A stretch of DNA of 24,000 bases from Actinomycetes bacterium. Its GTDB lineage: Bacteria > Actinomycetota > Acidimicrobiia > Acidimicrobiales > Acidimicrobilacustridaceae. The notes below the pieces were generated by a model. That model had not been told where the DNA came from, ran no database searches, and saw only the letters and a list, made by a program, of their open reading frames with translations. Each line of letters begins with the position of its first letter. Positions within the stretch are counted from its first letter, which is position 1. The translations under genes were made by a program, and so were the position numbers. This document shows positions 15,412-22,248 of the stretch, one piece after another. Location: positions 58,909 to 82,908 of the forward strand of contig JBAXIB010000016.1 in assembly GCA_037138595.1 (NCBI GenBank), in the 5' to 3' direction.

Positions 15412-16254
15412 TCAGGTTGCCAGGATCCTTTTCACGAGCCGACCAAGCGGTTCGTGAAAATCGGAGGCCAGCGGGAGTCCACCAAGTCGAAGCGCAGCGT
15501 TGTCCAATACCGAATTCGCGGGTCGCGGCGCAGGACGCGCTGGTTTCAGGTCAGCAGTCGACACGGGATTAACTCGAGCAGCGTCCAAGCCGGCGGCTTC
15601 CAGCACCGCCTGGGCAAACTCGTACCAACTGACTGCACCCTGGTTGGTCACATGGAACAAACCCGCTCGCCGTTCGACAACAAGGCGGCGGACCACCCGT
15701 GCGAGATCATCAGCAAAGGTCGGATGCCCACGTTGGTCGCTCACAAACGACAATGAGTCGTGTTCATTTGCGAGCCGCAATATGGTTTTGACCATGTTCG
15801 CTCCGTGAAAACCGCTCACCCACGATGTGCGCACAATGGTGTCGGAAGTTCCGAGTTCGCGTTCGCCGCCCAGTTTTGAGCGTCCATACACCGAGGTCGG
15901 ATTCGTGTCATCCCATTCGGTATACGGCGCAGTCTTGGTGCCATCAAAGACGTAATCGGTCGACAGGTGACACACCCATGCTCCGGCAAAGCGAGCCGCA
16001 TCGGCAATGTGTCGAACGGCTAGTGCGTTTATGGCCCATGCCTTATCGATTTCAGATTCACACAGGTCAACGGCAGTAAAGGCTGCGCTATTGACGATCA
16101 CGTCGGGTTGTTTCGATGCAACAAATCCTACAACAGCATCTCGATCGGTTACGTCGAGTTCGCTATGGCCTGCGGCAATTACATCATGATCAGAAAAAAC
16201 GTCGACCAACTCGCGACCGACCTGGCCACCTGCTCCGGTAATAAGAATACGCAT
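15412..16254 (-). CDS. rmlD: dTDP-4-dehydrorhamnose reductase
   Basis: MRILITGAGGQVGREL, SAAFTAVD, STDYVFDG, PTSVYGRSKLGGE, RTSWV. I chose the start at ATG 16254. The tracked extension to 16464 overlaps rmlB. Confidence 0.92.
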   Translation of the reverse strand: MRILITGAGGQVGRELVDVFSDHDVIAAGHSELDVTDRDAVVGFVASKQPDVIVNSAAFTAVDLCESEIDKAWAINALAVRHIADAARFAGAWVCHLSTDYVFDGTKTAPYTEWDDTNPTSVYGRSKLGGERELGTSDTIVRTSWVSGFHGANMVKTILRLANEHDSLSFVSDQRGHPTFADDLARVVRRLVVERRAGLFHVTNQGAVSWYEFAQAVLEAAGLDAARVNPVSTADLKPARPAPRPANSVLDNAALRLGGLPLASDFHEPLGRLVKRILAT

Positions 16255-16294
16255 CAGGAGTGCCTCGTCATAGTGGTCATTCGGGCGGTGCTCA

Positions 16295-17251
16295 TCAATT
16301 TCCCCTGAGCGGTTCCCACCACCAACGATTCTCCCGATACCAAGCAACCGTTTCTTCGAGTGCTTCGTCGAGTGAACGCTGTCGATGCCATCCCAACTCA
16401 GTGATCTTTGCGATGTCAACCGAATAGCGCCGATCGTGTCCAAGCCGATCAGGGACGTAATCAATCATCTCATCACCAACACCCAATAGGCCCAAAATTT
16501 TGTCGACGAGCACACGATTGGGCGTTTCATTGCCAGCACCAATGTTGTAAATCTCGCCAGGGGTGCCTCTCTCGAGCACTAAGTGCACGGCGGCGCAGTG
16601 ATCATCGACATACAGCCAATCTCGCTCGTTAAGTCCGTCGCCATAAAGCGGAATGTGTCGACCGTCGAGCACGTTGGTCGTAAACAACGGGATCGCCTTT
16701 TCCGGATATTGGTATGGCCCGAAGTTATTGGTGCATCGGGTGACCATGACCGGCGTGCCGTAGGTTTGGTAATACGACAGGGCGATCAGGTCGCTTCCTG
16801 CCTTTGACGCCGAGTAAGGCGAACGAGGTTCGAGTGGGTCGGACTCACGAGACGAACCAACTTCAACCGAGCCGTACACTTCATCGGTCCCGATATGAAT
16901 GACGCGGTCAATCTCGAGTGCGCGGGCCGTGTCAACCACAACGTTGGTTCCAAAACAATTGGCATTCACGAAATCGTCTGGTCCCAATATCGATCGATCG
17001 ACATGACTCTCGGCCGCAAAGTGCACGACCGCATCATGACCAGCCATGGATTGCTCAAGTGTGGCGCGGTCGGTGATGTTTCCTTTCACGAATCGGAACC
17101 GAGGGCTGTCATCCACATCGCGCAACGTCGAAAGGTTGCCGGCATAGGTCAATGCGTCAAATACCGTGACTTCGTCATCGCTATGAGCCAACACGTGTCG
17201 CACGTAATTCGAACCGATGAAGCCGGCAGCGCCGGTAACAAAAAGCTTCAT
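16295..17251 (-). CDS. rmlB: dTDP-glucose 4,6-dehydratase
   Basis: MKLFVTGAAGFIGSNYV, VHFAAESHVDRS, TDEVYG, SPYSASKAGSD, NNFGPYQYPEK, GDGLNERDWLYVDDH. The start is ATG 17251, or ATG 17257 two codons upstream. Confidence 0.95.
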   Translation of the reverse strand: MKLFVTGAAGFIGSNYVRHVLAHSDDEVTVFDALTYAGNLSTLRDVDDSPRFRFVKGNITDRATLEQSMAGHDAVVHFAAESHVDRSILGPDDFVNANCFGTNVVVDTARALEIDRVIHIGTDEVYGSVEVGSSRESDPLEPRSPYSASKAGSDLIALSYYQTYGTPVMVTRCTNNFGPYQYPEKAIPLFTTNVLDGRHIPLYGDGLNERDWLYVDDHCAAVHLVLERGTPGEIYNIGAGNETPNRVLVDKILGLLGVGDEMIDYVPDRLGHDRRYSVDIAKITELGWHRQRSLDEALEETVAWYRENRWWWEPLRGN

Positions 17252-17348
17252 AACCATTATCTTCGCAGACGACGCCACACGACAGCGAAAATGCTCAATA
17301 GTCATTCCATGGCCACCGAAACCATCGGAGTACCATCAAGCGATCCCC

Positions 17349-18896
17349 ATGCTTGATCTGGAAGTACCTCCTCAACCCCAGCTTCGGCTCCGTCGGTTCG
17401 CTAGCAGTTTTTTGTTGATCCTGGCTTGCGTTGCCTCTTGGTCACTAGCCATGCCGCTTTTCAGCGCACCAGATGAAGGCGCACACATCGTCCGGGCCTA
17501 CGCCGTTGTCCATGGCGAACAGTCGCACCCCGACTTGGCTACCGGCGGATCGGCATTCTACGTTCCTGCAGAGATCGTCCACGGCGGGAACAACGACGAC
17601 CCATGCTTCGCCGGCAACCCCAATCAGCCTGCCTCATGCATGGACCTTCAATCTGACGGCCCTCAACACTCGGTTGACTCATCAGCCATCGGGTACCCAC
17701 CGTTTTACTATTTCATTGTCGGTTGGCCCACCTTGTTGACCTCGGGGCTCAAGTCGCTGTATCTGATCCGTCTCGTCGGCGCATTGGTGGTTGCATTGCT
17801 CATCGCACTAGGACTTGAAAGCGTTGTCCGATTGCGACGCCCAGCGCCACTGCTGCTTGCGGCCACCGTCGCCATTACGCCTGCCGTGTTGTATTTCGGT
17901 GCGATGGCTACGCCTTCGGGCATCACTATCGCCGCCGCGTTCGCGGTATGGACTGCCGGCATGTTCTTGGCACGTTCGAAAAAGCTTGACCGCATCGGAT
18001 GGGCTGCAGCGCGATTTGGATTTCCGTTGTGCCTCTTTCTTTTATTGCGTCGCGATGCAGTTTTTTGGGCCGTTCTCGTCATCGCGACCATCGCAGTGCT
18101 CATCCCTCGTGATCGATGGCGACTGCTACTTCGCGCTCGACCATTGTGGGCCTGGGCCGTTGCCTGCGCCGTGTGCGCCGGGATACAGCTACTCATAGCG
18201 GGAGCCGAAACGGGAAGTTCAGTAGCCGGCCAAGTTGGCTCCACTGGTGGAGACTTTTGGCGTGCAGTAGCTGACGCGTCGTGGTTAGCCCAACAGATTC
18301 AAGGGGGAATTCTCGGCTGGCTCGACGTGAATTTACCCTTCCCCGTGCTCTTCATCTTTGTAGTGAGCACCGGGTTCTTGGTCATCAGTGCAATTGGATT
18401 TTCTGGGCGAAGGGTCAGCCTTGCGCTGCTCGGCATGACGTTGGCAATCGTTACGATCCCCCTGCTGCTCGGAACAGTCCGCTGGCCATACTTGCAAGGT
18501 CGGTACCTGTTGCCGTTCACTGTTGGCCTGCCGCTTGTTGCTGGGCTAGGCCTCTCCGAAGCACTCAAGGGTCGGTTGGCGCCAAGACGTTTTCTTTGGC
18601 TACTCATGCCGCTAGTGGCCTTCGCTCAAATCGCCGCGTTCGCCCAAGCCATGCGTCGCTATGTCTCGGGCGCGACTGCCGAATGGTGGATTTTTTCGCG
18701 ACCGCAATGGAGTCCGCCGGCAGCAAGTCCGACGGTGTTCGTGCTTTTTTACATCGTCGCTATCGCTGCGCTTTTTGGGTGGCTGTATTACTTGGCCATT
18801 CGCACGCCGACTGCAGATCACGAATCGGCGACAGAAGACGAATCGACCGCATCAGAACGGCAACGCGCCGCGACGGTGGGACTGCCTATTCAGTAG
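17349..18896 (+). CDS. DUF2142-family polytopic membrane protein (GT-C-like glycosyltransferase candidate)
   Basis: After TM1 the sequence reads MPLFSAPDEGAHIVRAYAVVHGE, then YPPFYYFIVGWP, then more than 10 further hydrophobic segments, and WPYLQGRYLLPF near the C-terminus. I chose the start at ATG 17349 (MLDLEV). The tracked extension from 17217 overlaps rmlB on the other strand. Confidence 0.65.
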   Translation: MLDLEVPPQPQLRLRRFASSFLLILACVASWSLAMPLFSAPDEGAHIVRAYAVVHGEQSHPDLATGGSAFYVPAEIVHGGNNDDPCFAGNPNQPASCMDLQSDGPQHSVDSSAIGYPPFYYFIVGWPTLLTSGLKSLYLIRLVGALVVALLIALGLESVVRLRRPAPLLLAATVAITPAVLYFGAMATPSGITIAAAFAVWTAGMFLARSKKLDRIGWAAARFGFPLCLFLLLRRDAVFWAVLVIATIAVLIPRDRWRLLLRARPLWAWAVACAVCAGIQLLIAGAETGSSVAGQVGSTGGDFWRAVADASWLAQQIQGGILGWLDVNLPFPVLFIFVVSTGFLVISAIGFSGRRVSLALLGMTLAIVTIPLLLGTVRWPYLQGRYLLPFTVGLPLVAGLGLSEALKGRLAPRRFLWLLMPLVAFAQIAAFAQAMRRYVSGATAEWWIFSRPQWSPPAASPTVFVLFYIVAIAALFGWLYYLAIRTPTADHESATEDESTASERQRAATVGLPIQ

Positions 18897-18897
18897 G

Positions 18898-19464
18898 TCA
18901 GGGCCGCAACTGATAATGCGGTTGCCACTGGGGATCAAGATTGTCCCGGCCCGGGTTTTGCTGATCGCGTTGAGACAAAATCGGGTCGGTGAGTCCCCAA
19001 TCGGCAACGACGGCAGGGTCATCCCACTTCACGCCAAGTTCATCGGCCGGGTTGTAATAACTATCGACGAGATAGGTGATCGTCATGTCCGTCAGCGCGG
19101 CAAACCCATGAGCGACTCCCGGCGGGATGAAGATACCTCGGTGACTGTGGCTACCATCAGGCTGCCGCCCAAGATCGATAGATAACGTTGCACGGTCCGT
19201 GGGTGAACCCGTTCGCAAGTCATGGAGCACGACTCGGGCCGTCCCATAGGGGACATACCAAAAATCGGCTTGATGGAGATGATAATGAAGGCCGACAATC
19301 GCGCCGGCTTGACGGTCTCCGCGATTGCCCTGCACCATCTCTCGCCCTTGCGGAAACCACTCGCGCCGGTAGGTCTCGACGAAGTAACCGCGCTCGTCGC
19401 CGTGGATCGAGGGATCAGCAATAAAAACGCCGGCAATGATGTCGGATTCGGTAATGGATTCCAT
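18898..19464 (-). CDS. rmlC: dTDP-4-dehydrorhamnose 3,5-epimerase
   Basis: HGDERGYFVETYR, GLHYH..QADFWYVPYGTARVVLHDLR, GIFIPPGVAHGFAALTD, YLVDSYYNPADELGVKWDDP. Confidence 0.92.
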   Translation of the reverse strand: MESITESDIIAGVFIADPSIHGDERGYFVETYRREWFPQGREMVQGNRGDRQAGAIVGLHYHLHQADFWYVPYGTARVVLHDLRTGSPTDRATLSIDLGRQPDGSHSHRGIFIPPGVAHGFAALTDMTITYLVDSYYNPADELGVKWDDPAVVADWGLTDPILSQRDQQNPGRDNLDPQWQPHYQLRP

Positions 19465-19497
19465 GGGTATCGAAGCTAGCCGAAGCTCACTGAGTCG

Positions 19498-20604
19498 CTA
19501 TTCGAGATCAATGCTGCAGTGATCGCCAACCATGAGCCGAGTCGCACGTGGCCGAACATGTGAGCGGCCAACCTCAACAAATTTCCCAATGAGTGAATCA
19601 GTCAGACGCGGTACTGAGTTGATTTGGCTGTGTTCAAGCACCACTGAGTGTTCGATTTCCGAATCAATAATCTCGCAGTCATTTGCAACTGCAGTAAAGG
19701 GCCCGATGTAACTGTTCACCACCCGGGTATTTGATCCAATGATCGCCGGACCGCGCACCATCGAACCGATAATGATTGCGCCTTGTTCAATGACCACTCG
19801 GCCATCAATCTGAGAGTCGGCATCGACCGAACCATCGTTACGAGGCTCCAGTGTGTCGAGCACTCGACGGTTGCTCTCGAGCAATGGATCTTTCTTTCCC
19901 GTATCGAGCCACCAGCCTTCGACAACTTCGTGACGAACTCGGTCGCCCCGGTCGATGAGCCACTGAATTGCATCAGTAATTTCGAGTTCACCACGCGGCG
20001 ACGGTTGGATCGCTGACACAGCATCAAAAATGGTTGAGGTAAACAGGTAGACGCCAACAAGCGCGAGGTCCGAAGGTGGGTGCTCGGGTTTTTCGACCAG
20101 TCGCACAACCTCACCGTTGACGTCGACTTCGGCCACTCCAAATCGTTGCGGGTCGGGAACATGACACAGCAGTATCTGCGCCGATGGTGGTGCTTCTGCT
20201 CCAGCGAGCGTCGGCTCAGCACTTCGCTGTTGATCTTGCACAAATTCGTCGATGAAGCCGACTAATCCTTGCTGGAGCATGTTGTCGCCCAGATACATCA
20301 CGAAATCGTCACCATCTAGGAAATCGCTCGCGATGAGCACGCAATGAGCAAGACCCAGGGGCGCATCTTGCGGGATATAGGTCACGTCCACTCCCCACGC
20401 GGAACCGTCACCCACTGCCGCCATGATCTCAGCTTGGGTATCACCCACGATGATTCCGATTTCGGTGATACCGGCTTCAACCATGTCCTCGATCCCATAA
20501 AACAGAATCGGCTTGTTGGCCACTGGGACCAATTGCTTGGCGCTGGTATGGGTAATGGGCCGAAGCCGAGTTCCGGCACCGCCTGACAAAATGAGACCTT
20601 TCAT
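19498..20604 (-). CDS. rmlA: Glucose-1-phosphate thymidylyltransferase, long form with a C-terminal hexapeptide-repeat (left-handed beta-helix) domain
   Basis: MKGLILSGGAGTRLRPITHTSAKQLVPVANKPIL, GLAHCV, YLGDN, EITD. The C-terminal third has repeating I/V-G-x patterns (VIEQGAIIIGSMVRGPAIIGSNTRVVNSYIGPFTAV). I chose the start at ATG 20604; the tracked extension reaches 20709. Confidence 0.92.
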   Translation of the reverse strand: MKGLILSGGAGTRLRPITHTSAKQLVPVANKPILFYGIEDMVEAGITEIGIIVGDTQAEIMAAVGDGSAWGVDVTYIPQDAPLGLAHCVLIASDFLDGDDFVMYLGDNMLQQGLVGFIDEFVQDQQRSAEPTLAGAEAPPSAQILLCHVPDPQRFGVAEVDVNGEVVRLVEKPEHPPSDLALVGVYLFTSTIFDAVSAIQPSPRGELEITDAIQWLIDRGDRVRHEVVEGWWLDTGKKDPLLESNRRVLDTLEPRNDGSVDADSQIDGRVVIEQGAIIIGSMVRGPAIIGSNTRVVNSYIGPFTAVANDCEIIDSEIEHSVVLEHSQINSVPRLTDSLIGKFVEVGRSHVRPRATRLMVGDHCSIDLE

Positions 20605-20625
20605 GGCAGGGTGTCTACCACTGCT

Positions 20626-20655
20626 GCCGATGCCATCGCCTCCTAGTGCATCGGC
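20626..20655. promoter_or_regulatory. 8-bp inverted repeat in the rmlA / GH25 divergent intergenic region (candidate operator)
   Basis: GCCGATGC (20626..20633) and GCATCGGC (20648..20655) are separated by 14 nt. An inner palindrome CGATGcCATCG lies at 20628..20638. The motif CGATG/CATCG therefore occurs three times within 30 nt, inside the 77-bp divergent spacer. Confidence 0.2.
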
Positions 20656-20681
20656 TGGCCCGTTCGATTGGACCCGATGTA

Positions 20682-22226
20682 ATGGAAATACCTTCCCCCC
20701 GGCATTCAATTATCAACCGCTTGGGTCCACGATTGTTCGCCCCAGCGGCGGTGGCGATCATCGTCTTTTCTGCCGCCTTTGGGACGTTGCCATCCGCTTC
20801 CGCCGCCAATGCTTCAACTCAGCCGTTGTCTCCCTCATCGGTCGTTGCCAACGATGTCGCAAGCTCCGGCTTCTTGATAGGCCCCGATGTTTCTGGCTGG
20901 CAACATACCGGCGGCAACATTGATTGGGCCGCAGTCGCTGCATCCGGAGTCTCGTTTACGTTTGTCAAAGCAACCGAAGGTTTAAACGGCGGGACCATCC
21001 CGTATACCAACCCAAATTTCGCCCGCGACTTTGCTGGTGCGGGCAACAACGGGCTATATCGCGGTGCGTATCACTTTGCGCGACCTGCACTGCCGTTGTC
21101 GACGGCGGTCGATCAAGCTCGCCACTTCGTTTCCGTCACCGGAGCCATGAACAATGCGCTTGACCTACCTCCAGTGCTCGATCTCGAAGTCACGGGAGAT
21201 CTCGCTCCCACTGACCTGATCGCGTGGACAACAACTTGGCTCACGGCAGTTCAAAATCTCACAGGTCGACAGCCGATGATCTACTCAGGACCGTCGTTTT
21301 GGTACAGCGCGATGGCCAACACCACCGCACTCAATACGTATCCGTTGTGGATCGCCCGCTGGAACAACAACCCCGATCCACTTCCCTTACCGGGCGGATG
21401 GACCGCTTGGAGTTTTTGGCAATACACCTCGACTGGAGCAATCCCTGGAATCGTCGGCAACGTCGACATCAGTCGGTATTGCTGCAGTCTCGCTCGCCTT
21501 GCTGCGTTAAGCGGCAGTCCATCTGGTCGACCCCACATCTATCTTCGCAATTCGACCACGACCGGTGTAGCAAATACCGACTACGTGTTCTCTGCATCGG
21601 CCGGTGGCACCCTCTTGATGTGTGATTGGAATGGCGATGGCACCGACACGCCCGGTGTTTTTGTCAACGGCACCTGGTACCTCACGAACTCGACCACCGG
21701 CGGCATCCCTGAAATTGATTTTGCCTTTGGTGATCCCGGCGATATTCCCGTTTGTGGCGATTGGAATGGCACCGGCAGCGACCGCCCAGGGGTAGTTCGC
21801 CGAGGAGCTGCGTTGACCTGGTTTCTAAGCAATACCTTGGGTTCAGGTTTCGCGGATCGATCGTTCAGTTACGGCGATCGATTCGATGCTCCTCTCGTAG
21901 GTGATTGGAACGGCGATGGCACCGATACTCCGGCCGTCAAACGTGGGGCAATGTGGTATCTCTCCAACACCTCGGGTGTACCGAGGGCCGACCAATCGTT
22001 TGCCTATGGAAATCCCAGCGACATCGGAGTCATCGGCGAATGGACACGCACCGGCCACGACTCGGTAGGGGTAAAACGAGGAGCAGTGTGGTATCTCACC
22101 AATACCCTCGGAGCTCCATTTGCCGACATAACGATGACCTATGGCGAACCTAGTGACATTCCACTCACTGGCCGGTGGCGCGCCGGCGCTACGAGTTCGG
22201 TTGGCATCTCACGCCCGACGCTGTAG
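20682..22226 (+). CDS. Secreted GH25 muramidase (lysozyme) with a C-terminal array of five FG-GAP-like repeats
   Basis: Signal peptide: MEIPSPRHSIINRLGPRLFAPAAVAIIVFSAAFGTLPSASA/AN. GH25 motifs: GPDVSGWQ, FTFVKATEG, YHFA, PPVLDLEV, WIARW, WSFWQYTSTG, GNVDISRY. Five repeats follow (see the repeat feature). Confidence 0.9.
   Translation: MEIPSPRHSIINRLGPRLFAPAAVAIIVFSAAFGTLPSASAANASTQPLSPSSVVANDVASSGFLIGPDVSGWQHTGGNIDWAAVAASGVSFTFVKATEGLNGGTIPYTNPNFARDFAGAGNNGLYRGAYHFARPALPLSTAVDQARHFVSVTGAMNNALDLPPVLDLEVTGDLAPTDLIAWTTTWLTAVQNLTGRQPMIYSGPSFWYSAMANTTALNTYPLWIARWNNNPDPLPLPGGWTAWSFWQYTSTGAIPGIVGNVDISRYCCSLARLAALSGSPSGRPHIYLRNSTTTGVANTDYVFSASAGGTLLMCDWNGDGTDTPGVFVNGTWYLTNSTTGGIPEIDFAFGDPGDIPVCGDWNGTGSDRPGVVRRGAALTWFLSNTLGSGFADRSFSYGDRFDAPLVGDWNGDGTDTPAVKRGAMWYLSNTSGVPRADQSFAYGNPSDIGVIGEWTRTGHDSVGVKRGAVWYLTNTLGAPFADITMTYGEPSDIPLTGRWRAGATSSVGISRPTL
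21537..22223 (+). repeat. Coding tandem repeat: five units of ~45-48 aa (135-144 nt) with consensus WYLxN(S/T)xGxxxADxxFxYGxxxDxPxxGDWNGDGxDTPGVxRxG
   Basis: The anchor motifs fall with a 135/144/135/135 nt period: CDWNGDG at 21621..21641, GDWNGTG at 21756..21776, GDWNGDG at 21900..21920, GEWTRTG at 22035..22055 and GRWRAGA at 22170..22190. DWNGDGxD matches the DxNxDGxxD calcium-loop pattern of FG-GAP/VCBS repeats. Confidence 0.85.
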
Positions 22227-22248
22227 CGATCGGAAACGTTCTCAATCG

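Noticed and set aside
14576-15756. 172-aa minus-strand alternative-frame ORF (14576..15094) and 206-aa plus-strand ORF (15136..15756) across the GT2/rmlD region
   Set aside because: They overlap GT2 and rmlD, which both have clear motifs. Their composition is typical of antisense or alternative-frame ORFs and there is no independent support.
17708-19185. ORFs 17708..18244 (-), 17815..18198 (+), 18281..18913 (+) and 18661..19185 (+) overlapping DUF2142 and rmlC
   Set aside because: They are alternative-frame or antisense to a polytopic membrane protein and to rmlC. They are Arg/Ala/Ser-rich with no hydrophobic or catalytic pattern of their own.
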